Part shown: positions 46,046-57,021 of the stretch, in pieces
Numbering within the stretch: position 1 is the first letter of the stretch
Layout: each line of letters starts with the position of its first letter
DNA from: a virus
Taxonomy: Duplodnaviria > Caudoviricetes
Virus record (IMG/VR): IMGVR_UViG_641736125_000004
Coordinates: 2,172-66,171 of that record
Length of the DNA: 64,000 nt
Strand: one strand, 5' to 3'
Position numbers and translations under genes: made by a program
The notes under the pieces: generated by a model
Database searches by the model: none
Seen by the model: only the letters and a program-made list of their open reading frames with translations
Told to the model about the DNA's origin: nothing

Positions 46046-47053
46046 ATGAATGCCGATATTCTAAAGAGAGTGGTACGAGCCATCGCCGATGGTTCACAAA
46101 CGGACCTAGACCGGCTCGCCGGCAAGATCGTCGAAGCGGAACGCAAGACCGGGCACGTCCGGCTTGCTGAACAGCTTGAGGCTATCCTGAAGCAGCCCAA
46201 GCCCAAGCGGCCAGCCGCGCCGCTGTCGACGCCCGACATCGACCGCACGCTTAAAGAGCTTCCGTTAAGCCGCCGACATGGCGAGACGCTGGCTACACTG
46301 ATACCGCACGATCAGCTTGAACATCACATGGTGCTTCCTGAATTGGTCGAGCAACGTTTCGCGCGCATCGAAGCCGAGTACGCTGCTCGCGATCGGCTTC
46401 GCACCTTCGGGCTCAAGCCTCGCAAGACTGTACTGCTCTACGGCCCTCCGGGTTGTGGCAAATCCCTAGGGGCCAAGCGGCTCGCCTGGAACACGGGCTT
46501 GCCGCTGATGAAGGTGCGCTTCGACGTTCTGATCTCTTCGTTCTTCGGGGAGTCGGCTCAGAACCTGCGATCGATCTTCAGCAGTGCCCGAGAGAAACCA
46601 TGCGTGCTGCTGCTCGACGAATGCGACTTCATCGCGCGATCGCGCACGGCCTCCAAGGACATCGGCGAGGTTTCACGCATCGTCAACTCCCTGCTGCAAT
46701 TGATGGAGGAGTACGACGCACCTGGCTTGCTCGTGGCGACAACGAACTTGGAGTCAGCTTTGGACCCTGCGCTTTTCAGGCGCTTCGACGATGTCTTCTC
46801 CATTCCGTTGCCAGGCGCAGCCGAGATTGAAAAGCTTCTGAAGCTGACGTTGTCCAGTGTGTGGCTGGACAGTCCCATTGCCTGGGAGCCATTAGTAGCC
46901 AAGCTAGAAGGTTCATCGGCTGCGATGGTCGTAAAGGCAGCGCAGGACGCCGCGAAAGCCGCCGTGCTGGCCGGCCGTAAATCTTTGTCGCAAGACAAGC
47001 TCCTGAAGGCCGTCGAAGAACTGCAACGGCACGACGCGGCGCAGAGGGCGTAA
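46046..47053 (+). CDS. AAA+ ATPase (IetA-like)
   Basis: Walker A GPPGCGKS, Walker B LLLDECD, ATTN..LDPALFRRFD. Confidence 0.92.
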   Translation: MNADILKRVVRAIADGSQTDLDRLAGKIVEAERKTGHVRLAEQLEAILKQPKPKRPAAPLSTPDIDRTLKELPLSRRHGETLATLIPHDQLEHHMVLPELVEQRFARIEAEYAARDRLRTFGLKPRKTVLLYGPPGCGKSLGAKRLAWNTGLPLMKVRFDVLISSFFGESAQNLRSIFSSAREKPCVLLLDECDFIARSRTASKDIGEVSRIVNSLLQLMEEYDAPGLLVATTNLESALDPALFRRFDDVFSIPLPGAAEIEKLLKLTLSSVWLDSPIAWEPLVAKLEGSSAAMVVKAAQDAAKAAVLAGRKSLSQDKLLKAVEELQRHDAAQRA

Positions 47054-47056
47054 TCA

Positions 47057-49756
47057 ATGCCGGCAGCACACAACTTTGAACACCTTCCGCTGCTCCTTCG
47101 CTACCAAGGTAGGGCGCGCCTGCGCTGGGGCGGCAAGCCTTCGCCGCAAACGCTCGCCAACAAAGGTGTGCAGCGCCAAGCGCACAGCGTCGCGCTTGAA
47201 ACGGCTGCCCAAGCGCTCAGCGCGAATTGGCAGGCGCGCAAGGCACAACGCCAAGCAGCCGGGGGGTCCTTGCCGGACATCCCCGCAGGCATTCCCATCC
47301 TACTGCAGATTGACACTGGCCTCGACCTCGATGCCCTGCGGGCCAAGTTTGAATTTGAGATCGTCGCGGAGCAGGAAGAGGGCTATGTGATCGTGGCGTC
47401 TGAAGACATTCAGCTCGCCGCGTTCCGGGCAATGGTCCAAGGCTTCGCCGTCACAGTACACGGCTCGGCGACCATCGCCCAAGTCCACACGCTGTTCGAC
47501 GATCCCAACCAAACAGACCGGCTGGGCCACATCCTCTCCGAACATCTCATGGCGTCGTGGGGCAATATTGACGACGATCAGCTCTACATCGTCGATATCG
47601 GCATCGCCTGCGCGGGCACTCAGGAGATTCCGCCTCGTCCCACCCGCGGCAAACGCGCGACGGACGCGCAATGGGCGGCCAAAGAGTTCGAGTGGTCGGA
47701 AAAGCGTACCAGCGCCTATAACGAGTGGGACGACATCAAGTTCGAACGAGAGGCTTCCATCCAGAAGTTCACCGAGTTCTACCACGCGGAAATTCTGCAT
47801 CTTATCGACAGTGCCGACTTCGATGCAGGCGTTCTTCCTGACAGCTTTACGGTCCGGCTGAAGATCTCGGGGAAGGGGCTCAAGGACTTCGTTCTCAATT
47901 ACCCCTACATCTTCGAGGTCGTCGAGCCGGAAGACATCGCTCTTCCCCAGAACCAGACCCAGCAGGGCGCACAAGCGGCACCAGCTGTAACGCCGGTCGC
48001 GCCCGATGTGGGCGCGCCCGCCGTCTGCGTCATCGACAGCGGCATTCAAGAAGCCCACGTCCTGCTTCAGCCCGGCATCGATCAAGCCACTTCCCATTGC
48101 TTTCTGCCGGGCGAGGCCCCGACGGCCGTCGCGGATGAAGTCGCGCCCGGCGGACATGGCACACGCATCGCAGGCGCGGTCCTGTACGGCGAGGATGTGC
48201 CAGCCGAAGGTGCGCCTCAGTTACCGTTTTGGATTCAAAACGCCCGCGTGCTGGACGCACAGAACGCGATGCCCGTCGAGTTGTTCCCTCCGGAGGCGCT
48301 GCGCAAGGCCGTAGAGCGCTTCAACGACGGTCCTCGCCAAACCCGCATCTACAACCACTCGATCAATGCGCATGGCTACTGCCGCACGCGCTATATGTCC
48401 TCCTGGGCCGCAGAGATTGACCAGTTGTGCAACGAGCGGGACATTCTCGTCGTGCAAAGCGCCGGCAATCTGCCGCTGCAGGGCACGTCCCCCTTTCTGG
48501 GGATCGCCGACCACCTGAGTGCAGGCCGGGACTATCCCGGGTATCTCGAAGAAAACGCGGCCCGCATTGCCAATCCCGGCCAGAGCCTGCAGGCGCTGAC
48601 CGTCGGGTCAATCGCTTACGACACCGCCGAGCTGGGCGCATGGCGGACTTTCGCTACGCAGCCCGCAGGCCCCTCAGCGTTTTCGCGGTCTGGTCCAGGC
48701 ATCTGGAACGTCATCAAGCCCGAAGTCGTCGAGTACGGTGGCGACGCCGTTCGGACGAACAACGTGCCACCTGACATCCAAGCCGGCGGCCGCATCCCCA
48801 CGGCTTGTCCCAACCTCGTCCGGTCAACGCTGCATGGGCCCGGACCCGCAGCGGATCGCGACGCCGCGGGCACGTCCTACGCGACGCCCAAGGTGGCGCG
48901 CATTGCGGCCCAGATCCAGCGCGTATTGCCCGAGGAGCCTGCGTTGCTGTATCGCGCCCTCGTCGTGCAATCGGCACAATGGCCGGCTTGGGCTGAAGAC
49001 CTCTTGACGCTTCTGCGCAATCCACCGCCGGACATGTCCCAGGCGGAAAAGCAGGCCTTGTTCGCCGCAGCGTCAAGCGCCTTCCGATGCCTGGGCTTTG
49101 GCATACCGGACGAAGCGCGGGCCACCACGAACACGGATCATCGAACGACGCTCATCACGAGCAGCGACACCGAGATTCACGCTGGCGAATGCCACATTTA
49201 TCAGGTGCCGATTCCGGCCGAATTGCGCCAGCAGGCCGACGAATTTGACATCCGCATCGATGTGACGCTTTCCTACGTCGCGCAGCCGCGGCGCACGAGA
49301 CGCAATCTGCGCGGCTATCTCTCGACATGGGTCGATTGGAAGGCCAGCAAGCTGGGCGAGGGACTGCGCGACTTCCGTGTGCGTGCCATGAAGGATGCGA
49401 CGAACGACGAGGCACCGCTGCCTGGCTCGACGCTGCCCTGGGTGCTGCACGACAAGCCGCAGGACGGCCTAATTAGGGACTTCAAGCGCAACAGCGGGAC
49501 AGTGCAGAAGGACTGGGCCGTCGTTCGCTCGAACAGCTTGCCCGACCACTTCTGCATCGCTGTGGTCGGCCATCAAGGCTGGAGCCATGACCCGGACTCG
49601 ACTGCGCGCTATGTACTCGCCGTAACCTTTGAAATCTTGGGAAGCGAAATCACGATATACGAACCGCTGCGTGCGGCGATCGCTGAACTTCAAGCTCAAA
49701 CCGAAGCCGAGATCGAGGCCGACGAAGTACAAGTGGAAATCGAAGCGACCGAATGA
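47057..49756 (+). CDS. S8 subtilisin-like serine protease (IetS-like)
   Basis: Catalytic triad VIDSG / GHGT / GTSYATP, oxyanion SAGN, FSRSGPG..IKPEVV.YGG. Starts 3 nt after the ATPase stop. Confidence 0.92.
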   Translation: MPAAHNFEHLPLLLRYQGRARLRWGGKPSPQTLANKGVQRQAHSVALETAAQALSANWQARKAQRQAAGGSLPDIPAGIPILLQIDTGLDLDALRAKFEFEIVAEQEEGYVIVASEDIQLAAFRAMVQGFAVTVHGSATIAQVHTLFDDPNQTDRLGHILSEHLMASWGNIDDDQLYIVDIGIACAGTQEIPPRPTRGKRATDAQWAAKEFEWSEKRTSAYNEWDDIKFEREASIQKFTEFYHAEILHLIDSADFDAGVLPDSFTVRLKISGKGLKDFVLNYPYIFEVVEPEDIALPQNQTQQGAQAAPAVTPVAPDVGAPAVCVIDSGIQEAHVLLQPGIDQATSHCFLPGEAPTAVADEVAPGGHGTRIAGAVLYGEDVPAEGAPQLPFWIQNARVLDAQNAMPVELFPPEALRKAVERFNDGPRQTRIYNHSINAHGYCRTRYMSSWAAEIDQLCNERDILVVQSAGNLPLQGTSPFLGIADHLSAGRDYPGYLEENAARIANPGQSLQALTVGSIAYDTAELGAWRTFATQPAGPSAFSRSGPGIWNVIKPEVVEYGGDAVRTNNVPPDIQAGGRIPTACPNLVRSTLHGPGPAADRDAAGTSYATPKVARIAAQIQRVLPEEPALLYRALVVQSAQWPAWAEDLLTLLRNPPPDMSQAEKQALFAAASSAFRCLGFGIPDEARATTNTDHRTTLITSSDTEIHAGECHIYQVPIPAELRQQADEFDIRIDVTLSYVAQPRRTRRNLRGYLSTWVDWKASKLGEGLRDFRVRAMKDATNDEAPLPGSTLPWVLHDKPQDGLIRDFKRNSGTVQKDWAVVRSNSLPDHFCIAVVGHQGWSHDPDSTARYVLAVTFEILGSEITIYEPLRAAIAELQAQTEAEIEADEVQVEIEATE

Positions 49757-50111
49757 TGCATGGGGCACAGCACCAAATCCGGAGGCAGAGTTGGTTGACA
49801 TCAAGAAGCGCTGTCCGGCAGGAAGGCTGAGCCGCGACCGACCCGGTTAAGCTCTATGACACGTTGGACCGCGCGCACGACACCGTCGGCCAAGGACGAT
49901 CACTAGCCAAGTCAAGTGCATGACCAATCAAGTGCATGACCAAATGACGCATGTGCTCTGCAAGCGGTCATTCCATTGACGTTGACTCCAGCGGCTGCTC
50001 CGGGTCGGGAGCGGTCGATCGTGAAAATGGACATGCGTAGGTCTTGGCGTAGCTTTCCGAGGGAAGGTCAGACCAATGCCTTGTCAGATAGGGCGAAGAG
50101 ACCTATGCATT

Positions 50112-50135
50112 ATCTGGCTCTGAAAGTTGCTTTGC
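50112..50135 (+). repeat. 24-bp direct repeat, right copy
   Basis: ATCTGGCTCTGAAAGTTGCTTTGC. Confidence 0.85.
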
Positions 50136-50170
50136 GACTGGGAATCGATCCAGTCAGCGCCAGATATGCC

Positions 50171-50195
50171 AAAGCCCGCTGATCGCGGGCTTTTT
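50171..50195 (+). terminator. Intrinsic terminator before attR
   Basis: AAAGCCCGC-tgatc-GCGGGCTTTTT. Confidence 0.7.
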
Positions 50196-50269
50196 CGAGT
50201 GCTACAAATTTGCTACAGCAAGGGGCGAGAGGCTTGTACCACAAGGCTTTCGCCTCTCATTCCATCCCC

Positions 50270-50305
50270 TGAACTACGGGGAGCGGATAGTTTGAGCGGG
50301 ATGGA
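50270..50305 (+). repeat. attR core region (36-bp direct repeat, right copy)
   Basis: Identical to 3355-3390 and preceded by TGCTACA arm repeats at about 50200-50217. Confidence 0.9.
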
Positions 50306-50627
50306 CCAAACCCGTGTGAATCGGGTTTTCAGCCTTGCCCTGCTTGCCTTTCGGCGATTTCTGCAATCGACTGATGACGCGGAATGACGCCCGATAACAG
50401 AGGACTTAACACCTTCTCCTCTGCATTCTTTGCTACAAATCGACCCTGTAGCATGCCATGCACGGCCCTCGTCGCTACCGTTTCCATCGGGGTAGCCCGT
50501 GCGCCAATCATCCAGTTTGTCCCTTGCCGGCGGGCTCAGCTCCGCCGACTTGGGAGCAAGAGTATATCAAAGACATGCCGGGCAAAGGGCGCGGCCGGGC
50601 TGGGGCATGCGATGTCGCATCGTCGAT
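50306..50627 (+). pseudogene. Decayed attL arm and integrase 5' end of an older related prophage
   Basis: Colinear with 3391-3717. Encodes PIIQFVPCRRAQLRRLGSKSISKTCRAKGAA versus SIIQIGSRWRAQVRRLGSKSISKTFRTKGAA. Confidence 0.85.
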
Positions 50628-51000
50628 CAGAGGTGGCCTCGCTCATCCGGACAGTTTTCTGCGATTTTTAAGTGGAACGTCCGACGCAATCATGCTGCCG
50701 ATTTGATCGCAGGCAGCGTCGCGATGCATGCCTCGTCCGGCGTCTGGTCCTCCAGGCTCGAATGGGCCGTTTCCGGTTGTACAGATTGATGTATTCGCGA
50801 TGGAGCACCGGGCGTGTCCGACCGACTCGTACGCTTTCAAATGGACTTCTTCGTACTTGATGCTGCGCCAGGTCCGCTCGACGAACACGTTGTCGCGCCA
50901 AGCCCCGTTGCCGCCCACCGACAACCGGAGCTGTCGGCCCAGCACGGCGTCGGTGAACGCGCCCGCCGTGAACTGACTGTCCTGATCGATGTTCACGATG
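50628..51000 (-). pseudogene. IS3-family transposase C-terminal fragment with right end
   Basis: NIDQDSQFT..G.GAWRDNVFVERTWRSIKYEEV.LKAY, then frameshifted YINLYNRKRP. Confidence 0.85.
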
Positions 51001-51436
51001 CCTGGCCGCCCGTAGCGGGCAAACGAAACGTCACCTCCGGCGCCTCAACAGCGTGCGAGGCTTCCAATGCGGTGGCAGGCCGGTGGGCGAAAATCGCCCG
51101 CCCGCCCAGTCCACCTCTTTGCGCGGCGTGCTTCGCGCGGCGATGCGGCCCGCATTTCGCCACAGCGAATTGCTCGGGTTGTTCCGTTTGACGCGGCCGG
51201 CTCGCCGCAGGTATCGGCATGACCGACTGGACTTCTCTGCGCGTGCGCGTATGATGGCCGCATTGGGATGCCGCGCCGAATGCGCACCACCCGACTGCCG
51301 CCGTGCCGCCGCTGCGCGGTGCTTTCCCGCCTTTGTACCCGCCGCATTTCTTGTTTCCGCCTTTTTCCAGTCAGTGACGCGAGCCGTGCGTGGCCGTGCG
51401 ATTCCTGGTCTCTGCGCGGCAACCCCGGAGACGTTC

Positions 51437-51721
51437 ATGAGCATGCATCTGTATCGGGGATTCGAGATTCATCCACTGATTTATCCGCGTCTCGCGTCCG
51501 TCGACGGGCGTGCACACAATTACGAGGCCGGCTTCGACGCGGCGGTGCGGATCTGTTTTCCGCGCACCGATGCGACCGCGAGCGCAAGCCGGGTTTTCAA
51601 GCTCGACAACGCGCAAGCCTTCGATAGCGCGGGCGATGCGCGCCGTGCATCGCTGCGCCATGCCGAATACCTGATCGACCGGCACGGCGGCGAACGGTGG
51701 AGTAGCGCCGGAGGCGCGTGA
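51437..51721 (+). CDS. Hypothetical protein
   Basis: 94 aa, MSMHLYRGFEIHPLIY.., GGAG RBS. Confidence 0.7.
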   Translation: MSMHLYRGFEIHPLIYPRLASVDGRAHNYEAGFDAAVRICFPRTDATASASRVFKLDNAQAFDSAGDARRASLRHAEYLIDRHGGERWSSAGGA

Positions 51722-52030
51722 CGATCAGCCATTGGCGCGCAACCGCGTATCGGCGGAGATTGCGGTCCGCATGGACGAGATACCGAGATGGCACGGCGCG
51801 TGGACGTCGTGCCTGCCGGTGCTGTATTGGCCGCCGTCAGAGAACGCGTCGAACTCTCGCTATTGCGTATTCCTCACGTTTCGCGTCGTGCGGGCGCTGT
51901 TCATCGGTGCCCGCGCTCGCGTCCGATTCGGCTTGATGGCCGGCAACGTCGGCGGCACGCCGGCTTGGCAGTTGCCGTTCGCGCAAGCGCCACATTTGCA
52001 AGATACGCCGTCTGAGACGGCAACGAGGAC

Positions 52031-52249
52031 ATGATGCGTTTCAATTCGACGGTGTTTCTGATCGACCCCACGCCGCGTCGCGCAGACGGCGAATACATGG
52101 CGCACGCGCGCATCAGCGCGAACCGCTCGGACGGCCGCGAATACGACGTGTGCCGCAGCGGTGATCTGGCCGGATTCGACCTGCGTGCGGACGCGATCGC
52201 GCACGCGAGAAGATGGGCCGAAACCTGGCTCGAAGATCACTTCGGCTGA
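52031..52249 (+). CDS. Hypothetical protein
   Basis: 72 aa with GAGG RBS. Confidence 0.6.
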   Translation: MMRFNSTVFLIDPTPRRADGEYMAHARISANRSDGREYDVCRSGDLAGFDLRADAIAHARRWAETWLEDHFG

Positions 52250-52762
52250 CGCCGCTGCCGACGACGTCGCCGCTCGGGTCAATCGGAAGTCTCTTCGCAC
52301 GCCGGCTCGCGGTTGTTTTCCGTGTGCGGATGGCGTGGCCAGTGTGGCCGCTGCGGCGCTCGCGTGCGTCGCGCCGCCCGTATTCGAGCGCGCGCGTCGA
52401 TCGCGGTGGCGAATCCGGCGCGTCGAATGCCGGATGGTTTCGTCCTGCGTCGGAACGCGGCCGGGCAAGTGGCGCCTGTCGTGTTCCGCCGATGCCGGGC
52501 GTCGTTCGCACGGATCGGGCGAAAGGCGCCCGTCGGCAAACGAATGCGCGGAAAGAGCGCGCCGCATAACCGCCGTAGTGCCGGGGACGAACGTGACGCG
52601 CGCGTGAATTGTCGCCCTCGTCGCTTCCATGGCGAACGAGGCGGCATCCGGGGTTTCCGGTCTTCCAGATAACGCGGGCGCTCGCCGGCACGGCGACCGC
52701 TGTTTTCCCTCCATCCACCCGGACATCGCGAAGCGGTGTTTCGGTCTACACAGGAACCTTGC

Positions 52763-53029
52763 ATGGCCAAAGAAGAATTGATCGAACTCGACGGGATCGT
52801 CGATGAAGTCTTGCCGGATAGCCGTTACCGCGTCACGCTCGACAACGGTGTGGTGGTGGGCGCTTATGCGTCGGGTCAGATGCGCAGGCATCGCATACGC
52901 ATTCTCGCGGGAGATCGCGTCACGCTGGAATTGTCGGTCTATGACCTCACGAAAGGGCGAATCAATTTCCGCCACAAGGACGAGCGAAGAAGCGATGCGG
53001 CGCCGAGGGCATCGGCTCGTCGTCGTTGA
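52763..53029 (+). CDS. infA: Translation initiation factor IF-1 (second copy outside the ribosomal cluster)
   Basis: [45 protein letters not shown]. Confidence 0.95.
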   Translation: MAKEELIELDGIVDEVLPDSRYRVTLDNGVVVGAYASGQMRRHRIRILAGDRVTLELSVYDLTKGRINFRHKDERRSDAAPRASARRR

Positions 53030-53489
53030 CGCGTTTCGGCGGCGGCGCATGACCTTGCTTTGCCGGCGGGCGGTCGACGCGCCACGCGGTTTGGCGGTCC
53101 AGTCACGATGCGATGCGTTCATCGAGGCGTCGCGGCGGATCGGCCGCAATGGGGCGCGGCCGTTCGCCGAGCGACCGGGCATGGGCGGCGGGGGCATTTT
53201 TCGATCGCGGCCTTGCCGCATCGTCGGACGCCGAAAGCGGCCTTGCAATCGACGGGCGAACGGAGATGCCATCCCACCGAGGCCGGATGTGCCAAACCCG
53301 CCGACATGACGGTTTGGCGCGTGCCGCCGATTGTCTTCGGCACGAGACGTGAGGGGCGCGAGTTGGCCGGCTCTTGTTTCGTCGCTTGAACGGCTACGCG
53401 AGGCGAATCGAACGAGCGACGCGCGTCGCGTCGCGTGCCTGCGTCTGCTCGCGCAGCACGCCACGCGTCGCCGCGCGAGCGCTTCCTTC

Positions 53490-54415
53490 TCAGCTTGCCG
53501 ATTGCAGCGCGACGTCGGGGCGCCGGCTGGCTTGCCGCACGAACGCGCCGACCGTTTCCGCGATTTCCTGCGGCCGGCTCAAGGGCGCCCAGTGCGCGGC
53601 GTCGACGGTCGATTCGCTGTATCGCGTCGTGAATTCGCGGCAGCCTTCGAAGAGCGCCGGAGGCAGGAAAGGATCGTGAATCGCCATCAGCGCATGTACC
53701 GGCGTCATACTGACGCGCTTCCTCGGGCGCAGTACGCGTTGCAGCAGGTTCGCCCGATAAATGCCGAGGTAGCGTATCGCGTCGCCTTCCATGCCGTCGT
53801 TTTTCCGGAACGTGATGCGCGGCTCGTAGTGCGCGATGATTCGACGGAACATCGCCATGGCGAGTCCGCTGGCGAACAGCAGCTCCGGCAGCAATGGCGC
53901 CGTGAAGAAGGTCATCAGGCTGTTGCGCATCAGTTGGCCGACCAACTGCGCGAGGTGGCGCGGCGTCGGGCGCAGCAACCGGCGGCGCAGATAGAAGCCG
54001 ATCTGATCCAGGCTCGGCGAAAGCGTGGTGAGCGACGCGATGCGGCGCGCGCCTTCCGGATCGGCGATCGCGTCCCAGCCGTAGACGCCTCCCCAATCAT
54101 GCCCGACGAGGTGCACGGGCCGGCCTGCCGAAACCGCGTCGATGACGGCGTAGAGATCGGCGAGAAGCAAGGCGAACCGATAATGCCGGGCCCCTTGATA
54201 TGCGTGGAATTGGCGCAGCCTCGCATGTCGTAGGCGACGACGTAGAAATCGCGTTGCAACGCGGCGGCGACCTGCTCCCAGAACAGTGCGCGATCGGGAA
54301 AGCCATGCGCCAGCACGACGATGTCGCGAGGCTTGTCCGCACTGGGCTTGTCGCCCCACGTATAGACCGCCAGGCGGACGTTGCTCGATTGAACGAAGAG
54401 GTCGGGCGTGTGCAT
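53490..54415 (-). CDS. Alpha/beta hydrolase, frameshifted near 54190 (probable sequencing error)
   Basis: HGFPD..YDMRG in one frame, and LVGHDWGG..AAHW in another. Confidence 0.8.
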
Positions 54416-54435
54416 GTCGGGTCGCTCCGAAGTGG

Positions 54436-56021
54436 TTAGTTGTGCTCTCGGGTTGCCTGGCCGAAGATCACATGGAAAGCGGCCAGAAAAAGCAGGCTGC
54501 TGCTGAAGCCGACCGGAATCACGAAGCCTTGGCCGGCCGCCAGGTACGCAGCCGGCAGCCGAATTCGGCCGACGGCCTCCAGCGTCGCGAAATACAACGC
54601 GGGGAAGGGCAGCATGCAAAGAAGGAAGACGAGGCTTTCCTTCGCGATCGCGTGTTGCCGGCGCCGTGCGGTCGCGGCGAGCATCAGGCTGAAGCCGGCG
54701 ATGACGAGCCCGTTGACCGTATACATCGTGCCGCCGGAGAACAGGTGATTGTCGGGGGCGATCCCGATGTGCCAACCGAGGAACACGCTCGCCGCGCCCG
54801 CGGCCAGTCCCAGGCACGCGGCGGTGGCATCGAGACGCGCGGCGACGCTTGCCGACGCGGCGCGAAGCCGCGCACCGAGGCTCAGGACGGCGGCGGGAAA
54901 TGCCGCGGTAAGCGACAGCGCCATCAGCCACGCGATGCCCGGATACGCATGCAGCGCCGCCTGCTCCCGCGTCAACAGATCGGCGGGAAGCATGCGGGCG
55001 GCGGCGTCGAGGCCGGCGGTGCCGTGTCCGAGCCCGTAGGCCCACACATTGACGGCGCCCCACACCGCGGTCGAGGCGAGCAACCCGGGTTGCGATCGAA
55101 GGAACCACGCGCCCGCGCGGCTCGCCAGCGGCGCCGGCGTGCGTTGCTTCATGGGCCGCGCGTACTGCCGATTGACGACGATCAGCGCATACGTGATCAG
55201 CTGCGCCTGCGGAAGCATGACGCCCATGGTGACGAGGTTCAGGGTTTCCTGATCGATGTGAGGAAAGAGCGGCGCGAGCAGCACCCAGTCGATGCGCAGC
55301 AGCGGCGCAACCAGCAGGCAGCCGAACGACAGCGCCATCCACGCCTGGTGTTCGAATCCCTGTGTGCCTTGAGGGCGCGCACCGCCATGGCGATCGCGAT
55401 GAGCGTCAGGACGCCGAATATCCACAGCGCGATCCAGCCGATCAGGTGTGCGTAGAGGTGATGCGGCGGCGTCAGGGCGAGATAGGCGAGTGCGCTCACC
55501 GTCGAGATCGGCACGGTGGCGACGTATACGGCGCCGATCAGCCGGTGCGCCCGCATGAAGCGCTTGCGGAACGACGGCCAGAACTGCAGGCTCCCGAACG
55601 TCACGCAGAACGCGCTGAACAGGACGTGAATCGCGATGAGCACCTGATTGACCCTGGGCATCGTCGTGTAATAGATGCCTTGCTCCATCAGTCTGGAATG
55701 GCTGAAACGCGTGACCGACGTCGGCAGCGACATCATCCATATTTCCTCGCTGACCTGGCGTATGCCTTCGAGCGACGGATGCGCACGGACGGATGCGATC
55801 GCGTCGGCGATCTGCCGGGTGGCGTTGCCGTTCACGAACGGGAGCAGGAAGCGATGCGTGCCTTCGCGCAGTGCGATCCAGCCGAACGCGGCCATGACCG
55901 TCATCAGGCTCAGCAGGAATGCGAGCGAGAGCAATCCGCCGAGCTTGCCGGCGGCTTGCTCCGCCGAACCTGCCGTTGCCTGTCTGGGTGATTCCACCTG
56001 TGCCACGTTTTCTCCTCCCAT
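54436..56021 (-). CDS. Multi-pass membrane protein (DUF2306-like), frameshifted near 55360
   Basis: IHV..GSLQF..RKR...HR.IG..Y in ORF 55239-56021 continues as HQAWM..SF in ORF 54436-55740. Confidence 0.7.
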
Positions 56022-56466
56022 GTTGGCCGCGATGCGTTCGCCGCGCGCGTGCCCGGCGAAATTGTACGTTCCAAAAAGGAACTTTATGGGGTGAGGAATA
56101 CCTTCAAACGTCGTCGGGCCGGTCGATGGCGCCCGCCGGACCGGCCCGCGGCGGGGTGTGGCTCAGTGAGCGCGCCTGTTTCGAACGGCGCGTCGCCCGC
56201 GGGCGGCGCAGCCTCGTTCGAGTGCGCGCAACGCAGATAAGAGAGAGGGGGGATCAGCCCGCGTGCGGCCGTTCAGCTCGGCGGCCATGCCGCAGCGGCG
56301 GCGTGCGCTGAAATCGCATCGGCATCGGGAAGCCCGCCACGCCGTTTGCGTCGAATTCGTTCGAGCCGGTGTGCTCGGGGCCGGCGTGTCGCGGGGCGGG
56401 GCGCGCCGGCGCGCGGAAATGACGAGGACTTCTCGCGCGGCCGTCGCCCGCCGCGCGACGCGAGCC

Positions 56467-56649
56467 TCAGAATTCCACGACGACGAAATCTTCCTTGCCG
56501 ACATCGCACAGCGGGCAGCGCCAGCCGTGCGGAATGTCGGCGAAGCGGGTGCCGGCCGCGATGCCTTCGTCCGGCAGCCCTTCCGCTTCGTTATAGATCC
56601 AGCCACAAATCAGGCAGACCCAGCTCTTGTATTCGACGACTTCGCTCAT
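56467..56649 (-). CDS. Rubredoxin
   Basis: CLICGWIY..G.P..GI..GT.F.DIP..W.CPLCDVGKEDF. Confidence 0.95.
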   Translation of the reverse strand: MSEVVEYKSWVCLICGWIYNEAEGLPDEGIAAGTRFADIPHGWRCPLCDVGKEDFVVVEF

Positions 56650-57021
56650 GTTGCACTCTTGAAGAACCATTGCATTCGACGTCGCCCGATCGCGCGAACG
56701 CGGCATATCGGGCGACGCAACGCGTAATGGTACCGGATTTGCCGCGCCCGCCCGTCCGAGCGCGCCGCAGCCTCATCGCCGACTGCCGACTGCCAACCGC
56801 CAACCGCCGATCGCCGTCCACCGCCGATGCGACGGATGCCTCAACCGCCCCGCATGCCGCGAGCGTTCCGCACGTGGGGCGCCCGCCGCCTGGGCGCGCC
56901 CTGTCGGCGCATCGTACGGCCCGGCGCTTGCCCGCGCGCTCGGCGCGCGCGCCAAACCCGCCACGCGCGGAGCGTGCGCGGTGTATCCTTCGATGGCCTT
57001 TCAACCCAAAAGGAGAGAGCA

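Larger units (their letters stand above)
3355..50305. mobile_element. Apparently intact temperate prophage (lambda-type head, P2-type contractile tail), about 46.9 kb
   Basis: Bounded by a 36-bp exact direct repeat. Contains integrase, switch, replication, packaging, head, tail and lysis modules. Confidence 0.93.

Noticed and set aside
49912-49943. Exact 16-bp tandem duplication TCAAGTGCATGACCAA
   Set aside because: Only two copies with no associated gene or promoter. Most likely slippage.
52763-53029. Second infA copy as a novelty
   Set aside because: Duplicate infA genes are common in Burkholderiales, and this one lies outside the prophage.
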